Positions 21,201-31,283 of a DNA stretch of 64,000 nt are shown piece by piece (the stretch's first letter is position 1; each line of letters begins with the position of its first letter). The notes under the pieces were generated by a model that saw only the letters and a list, made by a program, of their open reading frames with translations, was not told the origin of the DNA and made no database searches. Where the stretch lies: the IMG/VR virus record IMGVR_UViG_3300044701_000569, positions 124,001-188,000 of that record; one strand, written 5' to 3'. The position numbers and the translations under genes were made by a program.

Positions 21201-24200
21201 TGCTGTTGACAATGTTCAACAGGTTGAATACACTCTTGAAGAAAAGAAATTCCAAGAAGCGCCGCAGCCAGTACAGTTAGTTGATCAGTTACCAGTTGAA
21301 TCGTTTGATAATATCTATAGAATAAGACCATTTGAAGTTTACGACAAACCTGAAGGATACAATCATAAGCCGTTTCCAACTACTACAATAGATCCCGACT
21401 ATCTATTAAGCAGTGGTTATGTACACGAAGAAGATGTTGAGTACAAGGCCGGCTCTATTGATGATTTAGAAATAACAGATATTAATCAGCTACAGCTAGG
21501 ACAGTATATTTGGTTAACTAGAACTAACAGTGATGGGTGGACCGTTTATCAAATTTCTGATGCTATTGCAAATGTTACTGCCTTAGAAGCACTAGGTACG
21601 TTTACAGAAAACAACAAACCTATAATCAAATTAACTCTTGATAAATGGGCTGCTCCTATATTAAATGTAGGTGAATTAATTGCTGTCAAAGGAGCGACCG
21701 AATTTAATCTTACAGGTATTCATGAAGTAGATTTTCTAGATGCTGCAACAGTAAACATAGTTGCACCAGTTGAAAATGAAATAGAGCCTTTTGATAATCA
21801 GAAGTTTGTACTTGTAAAGTTAAGACAAGTACGTGTTTCTAATCTAGCTGCATTGAATAATCTAATACAAGAACAGATCTACGACAAGCAAAAAGTTTGG
21901 GTTGATAATTACAAAGATAATAATTGGGGTGTGTATCAGAATTCTCCAGTATACGGTGCAGTACAACAAGCACTAACTAATCCTGCACTGTTTGACAGTA
22001 CAGATCATAGATACAGCACTTCGATGACAGCAACAGATAATAATTATAATCTGTTTGTTTCTGCACCTGGCGACGGCGACGGCGTCGTATATCATTATAG
22101 AAGAACTAGGGATACAAATAATCTAATACAGGAACCAGCAATTAATCCTGATAGAGATCTCTTTAATACTACTAATAGTAACTTTGGCGAAAGTATTTCT
22201 GTAAGTCCTGACGGAGAGTTCTTAGCAGTTGGTATACCAGATGCTAGCCAAATAAAAACAAGATTTAGAGGTAATTTTGATCCCACACAGACTTATAATA
22301 AAAATGAAATAGTAAAATACAGAGAAAGTTTGTGGAAAGCCAATAGAGTTATTCTGCCAACAACAACAAATCAGCCATTCTCAACATTTGATACCTATGT
22401 ACAATTGGTGAACGAAGCTGACAGTGATTCTACAGCTATTAAACTTTTAATATCGGGTAATCCTGGTCTAGATAATAGTATATCAGATCATTTCTTAGTA
22501 CGTGCTCCGTTAGATATGTACCTTGGTACAAAATCTGGAGACCTAGTAAAACTAGGATGGAACCCAGTAAGTTTTGCTTATCCAACACTTGATCCTTATA
22601 CCCCGTTTGACAATGAGATACCTGAACTGTCTTCTTATATTGAAAATACACATGAGATACAGGCTAAGATTGATCACATATTATTTGTTGAAACATTTGT
22701 TGGTCTACCTGAGGTAGGAGAGCGAGTAACAACAAATACCGGGTCAGGCATAGTTCATTATGTAGATATCAAGGGTGATAGTGCAGTTATTTACGTTAAG
22801 GAAACTAACGGTACTTTTGATTTAACTGGTGAATTGTTTATTGATGACGCAGACTTTATTGGTTTTTATTCTGAAGAAGAAACTTATAATGTTGCAAGCA
22901 ATCTAGGAGGTTTCTGGTTATTTAAAACCTATAGAGTTGGAGAACCACCCGAATCAGGTTATACTAGTGAGCTGTCAAATGTAGACGGTTTTACTTACAA
23001 TAATAATAGCCGCTGGTATGACATTGGTAGAGGACTAGTTTATGTAGACGTTGTTACTGAAGAACACATAGGTAATCCTGGCAGACCATTTAACTATTAT
23101 AATATACAAAAGACTATCAGTGAAATAGGTGTTTACATCAGTAATAATAATCAAGCTAGTTTTATTGGACAGCTAACTTATTTTGGTGATCCTGGTAGAA
23201 CCTATCTTGTAGATACAGAAGATGAATATCCATCTAATCTATGGGTAGTCCGTGGATCAAAGGTTTATACTGACACTATTGAAACAGGTGACCACATTGA
23301 ATTTCGTCTTTATGATCTAGACAACAGAACTATCGATCTAGCATCAGCTGGACTTAGCTACGACATTTTAAATAAAGAACAAACTGTTTACGATCTTTGG
23401 GACGGATACATTGATTTTGAATACACTCGCTTCAACGCAGATGGTGATCCTTACGAGCCTGTAATAGGCGATATCTTACAAGATATACAAACACCGTTTG
23501 ATGAATTTGGAGGATTAGCACTTACTAGCTATTCAACTAGCACTGCTGAAGTTGTATTTTATCAACGAAAATTTAACTTTGTGCGTGTGTTTGTAAAGAA
23601 TAAAACAGGTAACTGGGCAAGACTAAACAACATTGGAAGAGTTGAAGTACGTAGACTTGCTAATGTTACTGCACGTGGATCAAGTGATGTTTCGAGAACC
23701 ATCGCTACAATAAACGATTTTAACAATGATGTTGTGCTAGGAAATGATCTTATTGGTAAGCTAGTTGTTTTCCAACATACTAGTAATTTTCCTCTAGTTT
23801 CAAATCCTTATATAACAGACGAAGAATATTATTTCTTCAATGAAGTAATTGATAACGGTGCTGCTAGAGACGAAAATCCACCAAACAGTTTAAACAAGGA
23901 CTATACGCAGGTTTATAATATTCCGGGCGATGAGTTTGGTGCAGTAGGTCCTAATAGTGCAGGCGCAGTTGCAATTTATAACAAAACTGCAAACGGTTCT
24001 TATAAGCTTCTAGTTCTGTTAAGTAGCGAATATGCAACGACTAATAGAAAATTTGGACAAAAAGTTAAGATAATACAGAACAAAGGTCTGTACACATTAT
24101 TTGCTTCTAGCGTTGGTGACACTTCGGACGATTACGGATCAATTGAAATCTTCAAACACGGGTACGAACCTGGCGAATATTTTAAAGGCAATTGGAAAGT

Positions 24201-27200
24201 ATCATCTAGTTACCTAAAAAATGATATTGTACGTAACAGAGACAATTATTACAAGGCAATAAAAAATATTTCTCCTGATGATAGTATTAATATTAATAAT
24301 TCTATCTACTGGAATAAAATTAGCTGGAGACAAGCTAAGGATGAAAATTATCAAGGAGCCCTTAATACTGCGTATCCTTATTCAATAGGATCTATAGTAA
24401 GTTATGACGGCTCATTATATAGAGCAAAAACTAATATTGCTGCAGGATCTAGTTTAAACTTTAATGAGTGGGAATTAGTATCAAACAATATTGATTATTT
24501 GGGATATTTGCCTAACAGAACAAGCAATGCGTTTTATGGTGAAGAAATTTATTCACCGTCAAGCACTTATATAGAACAGTTTGCTATAGATTATGACGTT
24601 AGCGATAGCGGATCAGTTATAGCAGTACTCACAAAAGAAGTTGATTCAGATAGTACTTCTAGAGTCAATCTAGTAATTTATAGATTAATAGATGAGCAAT
24701 ATCTTCTAGATCAAACTATTGAGTTAGGTAAAAATACAACTAGAGTGTCAATAAGTCCTCAAGGAAATATTATTGCTGTATCTGAACCTGAAAATGATGA
24801 AAGAAAAACTGATCAAGGTAAGGTGGTTGTTTACAGACAAGTTAATGGAGCATTTGCTTATGCACAAACTCTGCTTCCTCCGCAAAATGAGGAATCTGAA
24901 AAGTTTGGTTCAAGCATAGCTTTTAGCGATGATAATTTTGTTGTGTCAAGCCTTAACGGTGACATGAAGATACCAACTACATTTGATGTGGATAATAATA
25001 ACGAAACAACGTTTGATAGAGACTACACAACATTTAAAAATGTTATTAAAGATACGGGTGTTGTTTATATATTTGAAGATATTGAAGATAGTTTAGTATA
25101 TTCTGAATCGTTCAGATATGATAATGCTACAATACAGTTTGGTGAAAACTTGTTATCTAATGGTAATCATATCTACGTTGGTATGCAGAGTGTTGGCAAC
25201 GACAACTATAAAGGAACAATTCTTAACTATCGTAAAACAAAGAATGCTGTTGCATGGAACAGAACAAGAGAACTAGTCCCTCCTGTAGATGTTTCAAAGA
25301 TTCGAGGAGCGTTCTTATATAATAAAAGAACTAATCAAATTGTAACTTATTTAGATTACATAGATCCTATACAGGGTAAGATAGCAGGACCTGCAGAACA
25401 AGAAATTACTCATAGAGTTCCTTATGACCCTGCTACATACAACGTTGGTGTATTTACAGGCGTTGACAAAGATACTTTCTGGGCCGAAGAACATGTGGGC
25501 GAAGTATGGTGGAATCTAAAAACAGCAAGATTTACATACCCATATCAAGGAGATATACAGTATCAAAAGGCCAATTGGAATGAGCTACAGCCTGGATCGT
25601 CTATCGATGTTTATGAATGGGTTGAAAGTCGATTCCTTCCTAGTCAGTGGGACACACTAGCTGATAGTGAGTCTGCACTAAACGAAGGCATAAGCGGAGT
25701 TTCAATTTACGGTGATAATCTCTACACTCAAAAGTTTGTATATGATCCTGTTTCTAAAACATTTAGTAATAGATTTTATTTTTGGGTAGGTAGAAAATTA
25801 ACAGTACCCAAAGTTGAAAACAGATCTCTAAGTGTATTTGATATAGCTAGACTAATAGCAACGCCACGAGAGCAAGGCTACAGATTTGTTAACTTCTTAG
25901 GTTCAGATAGATTCCTGTTGAATAATTGTGATTCTTTAATCTATAACGATGATATAGTATTGAATATTAAATATGCAACTGGTAAAAACACAGAACAACA
26001 GCTTCACAGTGCATACTATATTATGTCAGAAGGATTAGAATCAAGTTCTATTCATCCCGACATTGAACGAAAATGGTTTGATAGTTTGATAGGATTTGAT
26101 GAACAGAATAGAACAATTCCTGACACAAAACTAACTGTAAAACAAAAATACGGAGTTCAAAACAGACCTCGACAGAGTATGTTTGTAAACAGAGAAGAAG
26201 CTCTAAAGCAGGTTATTGAAAGAATAAATTCTGTACTAGTTACTGAGTCTATTTTAGATAGTTATAACACATCGTCGCTGATGTTAAAGGATAACGAACC
26301 AACTGAAATAGATAGAACTTTTGACAGCACAATTGATACACTTGAAGAATTAAGATTTGTTAGTACAAACAAGATTTCTCAAGCTGTTCTTACACCTATA
26401 ATTCAAAATGGACGCATTGTTCGTGTTGATATAGATGATCCAGGTCGAGGATATAAAATTGTACCTACATATACACTGGTAGGACCAGGAACTGATGCTG
26501 AATTTGAGCTTACTATTAATAACCTAGGACAAATTACAGATGTAACTATTCTTAATTCAGGAAGAGGTTATGATGATAACACTAGAATCCTTGTTAGAAA
26601 ACATAGTGTATTGGTAAAAAATGATGCATCAATACACGGTAAATGGGCAATTTATTCTTGGAATAATGAAACAAGTTCATGGTTTAGATCTACTATACAA
26701 GGGTATGATGTAACAGCTTATTGGTCTTATGCTGACTGGTATGCTAATGGCTATAACACCTTTACTAAAATAGATCATGAGATTGATGTAACTGATGACA
26801 TTTTTAAACTAAATGTAAATTTAGGTAGTACTGTAAGAATAGCTAATGTAGGATCAGGTGGTTGGTTACTTCTAGAAAAAATAGCAGCAGTTGACTCTGA
26901 AGATTACACTGTTAATTACAAAACTATTGGTAGACAGAACGGAACTATACAATTTAAAGACACTCTGTATAATTTCCAAAAAAATACTATAGGATTTGAT
27001 AATAGAAACTATGACAGTGTTGCATACGACAATCTTTCAGCAAGGGAATTGCGAATCATTTTAAATGCAATAAAGAACGATATTTTTGTAGGTAATTTAA
27101 AAGTTGAATATAACAAATTATTCTTTGCATCTTTACGATATATTCTTACTGAACAGAATTATGTTGATTGGTTCTTTAAGACTAGCTTTATTAAGATTAA

Positions 27201-30200
27201 ACACAATGTTGGTAAGCTAGAACAAGACCTAACTTTTAACACAGATACTTTACCAAGTTATAGAAAATATGTTGAAGAAGTTAAACCTTACAAGACTGTT
27301 ATTAGAGAATTTGTAAGTGCTTATGAAACTACTGAAAATACGAATAGTTCAGTATCTGATTTTGACTTACCTCCATTCTATAGTAAACTAGATAGAAAGA
27401 ATATTACTACTGATGCTATTGTAGTATCAAGTAGAATAATCAGTGACGACGAAAATTTAACAGAATATCCAAGAAAAAATTGGTTAGATAATGTTGGTTA
27501 TATTGTTAAAGAGATACAGGTCAAAAATGGCGGCAGCGGATTCTTATACAAGCCTGTTGTTCGCTTAGTTGGAGGAGGAGGAACAGGTGCTACAGCTGAA
27601 GCATATTTAGGTTATGGAAAAGTTACGTCTATTAAAGTAATAAATCCTGGCAAAAATTACATTACTGCACCTCAGGTTATTATTGAAGGATCTCAACTAG
27701 ACACCGGAACTCCAGCAACTGCTTCTGCTATTCTTGGCAGCGGTGTAGTTAGAACTCCAACAGTAAAAATTAAGTTTGACAGAACTTCTAAAAACTACTT
27801 TATTAGCACATTAGATCAGACTGAAAATTTTATTGGTGAAAGCATAAGAACTACCTACGACCTAGAATGGCCTATCGATTTGCAACCAAAAAATATTAAG
27901 GTTTATATCGATAACGAAGAACAACTTAGAAGTACATATACTTGTTCTAACGCAACAAACAAAGACATTGGTTATACTAGACAACAGGGTAGATTAAAAT
28001 TTGTTAAGCCGCCTGTACTTGATGCAGCTATACGAATAGAATATAAGCGTCCCCTGTCTATGTTAAATGCATCTGATAGAATCAATTTTGCTTATAACCC
28101 TCTAGCAGGAATGCTAGGCAAAGACTTAGCACAGCTAATGGATGGTGTTGACTACGGCGGCGTTGAAGTAACAAGTTTTGACTTTGGTGGTCCTGGTGGC
28201 TGGGACGTAAAAGGATGGTATACTGATACTTGGGACACGTTTGACAATACATTTGAAGATGATGTGTTTACATTTGACGGTTCAACTTCAGTAATAGAAT
28301 TATCAACTGTTCTCGAAAACGGTGTGATCTATAACATATACCTTAACGGTGACAGAATAGATGATCCTAATTTTGGAACACCTCAGCAGTATAATCCTAA
28401 TGCCCGAATGCCAAGTATTATAGGCGACGGTGAAACTAAGATTATTGATCTAGGAGAATACGGATTCTTTGCTAACGACAATGACGTTTTGATTGTTAGA
28501 AAGTACACTAGTGATGGTAGCTTTATTCCAGATCCTGAAAGTTATGATACTGCATTATCTGGTGGAGATTTACCTTATACTACAGCTAAGGGAGTTAGGG
28601 CTGAAGAAATTGTAGTTGACGGCGACGGATTTGTAACACCTACTACAAGTAAGGGTCCTGAAGAATTAGTACCAGGACAAGTATTAGACACAGTTGATAT
28701 CAAAGTTTATACTAGAGATAGTGTAGGTCAGGGAATGATTTATAGTCAAAGTTACATAATGGATGCAACTGTAACTACATACTCGTTAGGAGTTGTTCCT
28801 GGCACTCGACCTTCTATATTTGTTAAAATGGATAACAGATTATTAGCCAATGAAGAGTATACTATTGATTGGGAAAATAATTCAATAACAATTCTTACAC
28901 CTATAGACGGTGTAGAACTTAATATTTTAACTGTTGAAAGAGGCGGACAGGACATAGTTGACTATGGTAGAATTATAGCAGATGCTTCAACTACTGACTA
29001 TGAAATTTCTAGAAAATATGTAGAAGGAATGACAGCATTTGTTACAGTTGACGGAATTCAAATTCATGTAATTCTGTATGCTTCTGAATTAAACGAAAAT
29101 GCAGTAATTAGATTTGAAGAAGTGCAAGATGCAGGTGCAGTTATACACTGGACGCTGTTTTCAACAGATACGGTTGTAAATTATAGCGTTGTATCAAAGG
29201 AAACTTTTGTAGCAGACGGAGTTAACAATTTGTTTGTATTAGCTTCAGCACCGTTCTATTCAATACCTACAACTTATAATATAATGGTAAAAGTTGAAAA
29301 TAGAATACTTAATCCCGGCTATAATATCCAGTACGAGATTCCCGCTAATAGACAGAGAGAATATCCTTTAGAATCTTTCCAACAACCTGGGAATGCATTA
29401 CTTACTGAAAATATTAATGTCTATGTTAATGGTTCACAAGTATTTGCCCCAACACAATGGAGATTTGACATCTTTAATAGTAGCGTAATACTTTCGGATG
29501 CAGTTGGTGATGTAGGTGATACATTAGAAATATATGTAATATCTGACGGGGAATACCAATTAAACGGCACTAACTTAACAATAGGTCAAACGCCAGACGA
29601 TGGTGATACTGTAGAAGTATTCAAATTTAGCAATCATGACCTTGTTGGCATAGAGCGCATAAACTATGATGTTGTTGCTAGAGATACATTGATAGCAGAA
29701 GATATTGATTATGTAACATACAATCGATTAACAGTAGGTGAAATTAAGTTAAGAAAGCCTGCTGCGGATGTACAATATGTTTGGGTAAGCGTAAATGGAG
29801 AATTATTAACACCTAGTGTTGATTACTATCTTGTTGATAACAAAAAGAAAGTTAGATTAGTTAGAAGACCTGCTCAAAATGATGCAATTGATATCATTCA
29901 CTTTACGCCGCCGGTGTCTCAGCCTAAGTTTGCGTTTAGACAGTTTAAAGACATGCTGAATAGAACACACTACAAGCGTTTAGACGCACCTACTACAGTT
30001 CTAGCACAGCCATTAAACTCTTATGATTTAAGAATTGAAGTTGAAGACGGAACTAGTTTACCGTTGCCAAACAAGGGTGGTAATTTACCGGGTATTATAT
30101 TTGTAAACGGTGAACGTATTGAGTATCTTGTAAAAGAAGGAAATACACTAAGACAACTTCGTAGAGGTACTCTAGGAACAGGTGTAAAAGATACACACGA

Positions 30201-30651
30201 TGCTGGTTCAGACGTATACGATCAGAGTATGCTAAAAACAGTTCCATACAAAGATGTTACACAAATACAAAAAGAAGAGGGTAACGGAGTTACTAGTACA
30301 TGGACATTAAACTTTAAAGCTCAAACAGTTAACGAGTTTGATGTGTTTGTTGCAGGTAGAAGATTAAGAAAAACAGCAATAGCTGTGTTTAATCCTATAC
30401 AAGCACTAGACAGCACCGATGGAGATACTGTATCACCTGCTGAATTTACATTAAATAACACTGTAAATGAAGAAACGGGAGAAATTATTAGTAGTCAAGT
30501 ACAACTTGCTGTTGTACCTGGCAATAAGCAAACAGTAAACTTTATTAGGAAAATAGGAAAAACCTGGGCAGCACCCGGTGAAACACTATCAACCAGTCAG
30601 GCTGATATTGGAATTTTCTTGAGAGCAGGAACAACCAAGCTGCCCGAATAA
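15256..30651 (+). CDS. giant (5131 aa) baseplate wedge/adhesin protein in the gp7 position
   Basis: Uninterrupted 15.4-kb ORF directly after gp6; N-terminal DLLPRYFRTEANKKFLQSTLDQL is wedge-like. Contains CBM5/12-like W.....Y..G..V.Y...Y repeats, FG-GAP-like propeller blades, G.GY/GGGG.GA.A repeats and V.VNG...DY beta-sandwich repeats. Confidence 0.75.
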   Translation: MSNHTQNENALPVPGNNSRAVSDLLPRYFRTEANKKFLQSTLDQLVQPGVAEKISGFFGRKNSKAYAAGDNYIGDVSKARENYQLEPALVIKDNLDNVTFYKDYNDYVNQLKIFGANTTNHSRLNSQETYAWNPNIDWDKFVNFREYYWIPTGPKTVRVTGQAKEVISTYTVRLTDNGDNVSYLFSPDGFTSNPSLKLYRGQTYRFDIDCVGHPMAIAISRTFTPGNAVVVAGREGVRGEGLFDAKLYGNDYDLGDYIILPDSGSVTFDADENVSTLYPDGIRKLGEAGEEIANVYIEKGIIEFTIPINAPDKLYYISKNDVDVSGLIKIYDIEENTFLDVETEILGKKTYKSANGIEFTNGLKVEFLGTVVPKIYSEGNWYVEGVGDKIRLIEEKDLIIPASYTANINVPFDSEGFDTLPFSDSSSYAKEKDYIVINRSSRDRNPWSRYNKWIHKDVLIKTAEYNKIPFDIDENLRAKRPIIEFEAGLKLYNYGSFAKLDVDLVDAFTLDVFSTIEGSLGYNIDGIDVADGMRILFTADRDKLVNGKIYQVKFVTIGNNRQISLIEVSDSEPLDLETVFVINGNNYGGKTFHYHGDRWMLAQEKTKRNQPPLFELVDAEGNNQSNSNIFNATTFKGSKIFSYKIGNGANDIELGFPLSYKNIENSGDIEFEFNLLTDTFTYQTETDIISVSTSTSCLKKFTDRTNFDYVNGWSKTPTVSKQKVIRQYVSTQAENNNFQIDVYNKAAFITDLRVNVFVNNKLKKQELDYTLDRINEKVFVRFFNDLEENSNVILKTDSTTPKNDNGWYDFPINLERNPLNEDISTFTLGEVIDHVDSMIEDIYEFTGTYPGPSNLRDLGELDVYGKRFVKHSSPLNLALYHITNKKYNIVKAMDYSRKEYARFKRIFIETASTLGYDGEIKQHVDLILKEINRDKVKSQPFYFSDMINWGNDNKVIEYEVLDPRNPFYPLSEVFDITVPSQRAVNVYLNGYQLVHNKDYTFNNEGFLVLDSYQQEGDILRIYETSSTDGSFIPPTPTKLGLYPSYVPQLIIDDTYLSEEPVINGPFKIYGEDETTSKIGWFYPVYTSRRAAQNADSNNAAKQLVLAGYNRVLYIPTNTGIEAGTDNVELDEYPVGTAVIRGHDGSFVKAFKDYRDTLIIDLEKRIFNNIKVFYNPLETELLYGEGTLSLFDFVPGKFRKTEFTRNEINESLRGSFVEWLSLVETDYTSNYFYERENQFTFNYSTMTNVVDGTSLPGFWRGVYKEQFDTDRPHSHPWEILGFTIKPKWWNEVYGPAPYTGNNGVMWGDIEKGIIREPGKQVRVLEKFARPGLTSFIPVDSKGRLLSPIAANIAKNFVYRNTTQSFEFGDEAPVETAWRRSSEYPFAILRAWVLNQPSKAMGVGFDTSRLDKNLVGQYVYKDTKKHLTLADLQLPNTYEDASRIQTSGLINFIYNLVASNILTVYNDYKTDLVSIRNQLGLKLGGFTDKQKLKIVLDSRSPKASESEGVFVPEENYQVFLNTSSPVETIVYSGVIVEKAPDGFIIRGYNNEIPYFKYFQTQSTQNDVTVVVGGITESASEWAANRRYVKGQLLINSFKYYRVTDNFTSGPSFTTNNLALLSDIPIVGGKRAQFKKNFLKSSNKILTYGTKLSTSQDVVDFILGYDAYLKYQGFTFDYFNRETNFVENWDNAAREFLFWTTQGWASGTTISLSPGATSLNLSTAYSVADDILDVFYSYGVVKQDGDALDRKFISIYRNKNVFEVRPKNTNDGIYGVSIPVVQKEHVLLIDNTTVFNDIIYQPSTGYRQERLKVTGYRSDNWTGGLDIPGFIFDDATITDWEPWQDYSVGSLVKFKQFYYVAIYQITGSEEFNSNFWYRLNEKPVPKLYTNFDYKINQFSDFYDLDSDNFDAEQQRLAQHLIGYQKREYLANIINDDISQYKFYQGFIQDKGTKNAITKLFDPLSGSDRDSFDFYEEWAIQVGRYGAVDNVQQVEYTLEEKKFQEAPQPVQLVDQLPVESFDNIYRIRPFEVYDKPEGYNHKPFPTTTIDPDYLLSSGYVHEEDVEYKAGSIDDLEITDINQLQLGQYIWLTRTNSDGWTVYQISDAIANVTALEALGTFTENNKPIIKLTLDKWAAPILNVGELIAVKGATEFNLTGIHEVDFLDAATVNIVAPVENEIEPFDNQKFVLVKLRQVRVSNLAALNNLIQEQIYDKQKVWVDNYKDNNWGVYQNSPVYGAVQQALTNPALFDSTDHRYSTSMTATDNNYNLFVSAPGDGDGVVYHYRRTRDTNNLIQEPAINPDRDLFNTTNSNFGESISVSPDGEFLAVGIPDASQIKTRFRGNFDPTQTYNKNEIVKYRESLWKANRVILPTTTNQPFSTFDTYVQLVNEADSDSTAIKLLISGNPGLDNSISDHFLVRAPLDMYLGTKSGDLVKLGWNPVSFAYPTLDPYTPFDNEIPELSSYIENTHEIQAKIDHILFVETFVGLPEVGERVTTNTGSGIVHYVDIKGDSAVIYVKETNGTFDLTGELFIDDADFIGFYSEEETYNVASNLGGFWLFKTYRVGEPPESGYTSELSNVDGFTYNNNSRWYDIGRGLVYVDVVTEEHIGNPGRPFNYYNIQKTISEIGVYISNNNQASFIGQLTYFGDPGRTYLVDTEDEYPSNLWVVRGSKVYTDTIETGDHIEFRLYDLDNRTIDLASAGLSYDILNKEQTVYDLWDGYIDFEYTRFNADGDPYEPVIGDILQDIQTPFDEFGGLALTSYSTSTAEVVFYQRKFNFVRVFVKNKTGNWARLNNIGRVEVRRLANVTARGSSDVSRTIATINDFNNDVVLGNDLIGKLVVFQHTSNFPLVSNPYITDEEYYFFNEVIDNGAARDENPPNSLNKDYTQVYNIPGDEFGAVGPNSAGAVAIYNKTANGSYKLLVLLSSEYATTNRKFGQKVKIIQNKGLYTLFASSVGDTSDDYGSIEIFKHGYEPGEYFKGNWKVSSSYLKNDIVRNRDNYYKAIKNISPDDSININNSIYWNKISWRQAKDENYQGALNTAYPYSIGSIVSYDGSLYRAKTNIAAGSSLNFNEWELVSNNIDYLGYLPNRTSNAFYGEEIYSPSSTYIEQFAIDYDVSDSGSVIAVLTKEVDSDSTSRVNLVIYRLIDEQYLLDQTIELGKNTTRVSISPQGNIIAVSEPENDERKTDQGKVVVYRQVNGAFAYAQTLLPPQNEESEKFGSSIAFSDDNFVVSSLNGDMKIPTTFDVDNNNETTFDRDYTTFKNVIKDTGVVYIFEDIEDSLVYSESFRYDNATIQFGENLLSNGNHIYVGMQSVGNDNYKGTILNYRKTKNAVAWNRTRELVPPVDVSKIRGAFLYNKRTNQIVTYLDYIDPIQGKIAGPAEQEITHRVPYDPATYNVGVFTGVDKDTFWAEEHVGEVWWNLKTARFTYPYQGDIQYQKANWNELQPGSSIDVYEWVESRFLPSQWDTLADSESALNEGISGVSIYGDNLYTQKFVYDPVSKTFSNRFYFWVGRKLTVPKVENRSLSVFDIARLIATPREQGYRFVNFLGSDRFLLNNCDSLIYNDDIVLNIKYATGKNTEQQLHSAYYIMSEGLESSSIHPDIERKWFDSLIGFDEQNRTIPDTKLTVKQKYGVQNRPRQSMFVNREEALKQVIERINSVLVTESILDSYNTSSLMLKDNEPTEIDRTFDSTIDTLEELRFVSTNKISQAVLTPIIQNGRIVRVDIDDPGRGYKIVPTYTLVGPGTDAEFELTINNLGQITDVTILNSGRGYDDNTRILVRKHSVLVKNDASIHGKWAIYSWNNETSSWFRSTIQGYDVTAYWSYADWYANGYNTFTKIDHEIDVTDDIFKLNVNLGSTVRIANVGSGGWLLLEKIAAVDSEDYTVNYKTIGRQNGTIQFKDTLYNFQKNTIGFDNRNYDSVAYDNLSARELRIILNAIKNDIFVGNLKVEYNKLFFASLRYILTEQNYVDWFFKTSFIKIKHNVGKLEQDLTFNTDTLPSYRKYVEEVKPYKTVIREFVSAYETTENTNSSVSDFDLPPFYSKLDRKNITTDAIVVSSRIISDDENLTEYPRKNWLDNVGYIVKEIQVKNGGSGFLYKPVVRLVGGGGTGATAEAYLGYGKVTSIKVINPGKNYITAPQVIIEGSQLDTGTPATASAILGSGVVRTPTVKIKFDRTSKNYFISTLDQTENFIGESIRTTYDLEWPIDLQPKNIKVYIDNEEQLRSTYTCSNATNKDIGYTRQQGRLKFVKPPVLDAAIRIEYKRPLSMLNASDRINFAYNPLAGMLGKDLAQLMDGVDYGGVEVTSFDFGGPGGWDVKGWYTDTWDTFDNTFEDDVFTFDGSTSVIELSTVLENGVIYNIYLNGDRIDDPNFGTPQQYNPNARMPSIIGDGETKIIDLGEYGFFANDNDVLIVRKYTSDGSFIPDPESYDTALSGGDLPYTTAKGVRAEEIVVDGDGFVTPTTSKGPEELVPGQVLDTVDIKVYTRDSVGQGMIYSQSYIMDATVTTYSLGVVPGTRPSIFVKMDNRLLANEEYTIDWENNSITILTPIDGVELNILTVERGGQDIVDYGRIIADASTTDYEISRKYVEGMTAFVTVDGIQIHVILYASELNENAVIRFEEVQDAGAVIHWTLFSTDTVVNYSVVSKETFVADGVNNLFVLASAPFYSIPTTYNIMVKVENRILNPGYNIQYEIPANRQREYPLESFQQPGNALLTENINVYVNGSQVFAPTQWRFDIFNSSVILSDAVGDVGDTLEIYVISDGEYQLNGTNLTIGQTPDDGDTVEVFKFSNHDLVGIERINYDVVARDTLIAEDIDYVTYNRLTVGEIKLRKPAADVQYVWVSVNGELLTPSVDYYLVDNKKKVRLVRRPAQNDAIDIIHFTPPVSQPKFAFRQFKDMLNRTHYKRLDAPTTVLAQPLNSYDLRIEVEDGTSLPLPNKGGNLPGIIFVNGERIEYLVKEGNTLRQLRRGTLGTGVKDTHDAGSDVYDQSMLKTVPYKDVTQIQKEEGNGVTSTWTLNFKAQTVNEFDVFVAGRRLRKTAIAVFNPIQALDSTDGDTVSPAEFTLNNTVNEETGEIISSQVQLAVVPGNKQTVNFIRKIGKTWAAPGETLSTSQADIGIFLRAGTTKLPE

Positions 30652-30654
30652 ATA
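30649..30654 (+). promoter_or_regulatory. late promoter core ATAAATA overlapping the giant-gene stop codon
   Basis: gaaTAAATAc; the TAA is also the stop codon of 15256..30651. Confidence 0.5.
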
Positions 30655-30670
30655 CAATGTGGAAAAGGAA

Positions 30671-31273
30671 ATGAGCGAAATTATGCAAGATAACAGCGGA
30701 ATTTTAGTACAGGGACACATAAAAATATATGATCCTCTTTCTAAAGAAATCTACGTTAATAAGCGCAATGCCATCCATTACGAAAATATGAGTATAGCAC
30801 TAGCTGAAAGTTTAAGTAATGCAGGGCAAGGGTTTATTTACGAAATGAGCTTTGGAAATGGTGGTACATCTATAGATCCTACCGGTATTATCACCTATTT
30901 AACTCCTAACTCGGCTGGCACAAATGCCAGCTTATATAATCAAACATATTCAAAAGTAGTTGATGACAGATCAGTGAACAACACCGATCCGGCAAGAAAT
31001 TTTATTGAAACAAGGCATTTGAGCGGTACAAATTATACAGATGTTATTGTAAGTTGTTTGTTAGATTACGGTGAACCAGAAGGTCAAGATGCATTTGACA
31101 CAGCAGCAGACACTAACGGAAGTTTTGTATTTGACGAATTAGGATTAAGAAGTTATTCTCCTTCGGGCACAGGTAGACTTATTACTCACGTTATTTTCCA
31201 CCCCGTACAAAAATCTTTGAATAGATTAATTCAAATTGACTATACTGTACGAGTACAGAGTCTATCGGGCTAA
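30671..31273 (+). CDS. baseplate/tail-fibre attachment protein (tail-collar-fibre N-terminal, DUF3751-like fold)
   Basis: EMSFGNGGT...SLYNQTY...FVFDELGL..LITHVIF.PVQKS...IQIDYTVRV pattern. ATG 30671 after AAGGAA preferred over the track GTG at 30659. Confidence 0.55.
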   Translation: MSEIMQDNSGILVQGHIKIYDPLSKEIYVNKRNAIHYENMSIALAESLSNAGQGFIYEMSFGNGGTSIDPTGIITYLTPNSAGTNASLYNQTYSKVVDDRSVNNTDPARNFIETRHLSGTNYTDVIVSCLLDYGEPEGQDAFDTAADTNGSFVFDELGLRSYSPSGTGRLITHVIFHPVQKSLNRLIQIDYTVRVQSLSG

Positions 31274-31283
31274 GGAGTAGAGA

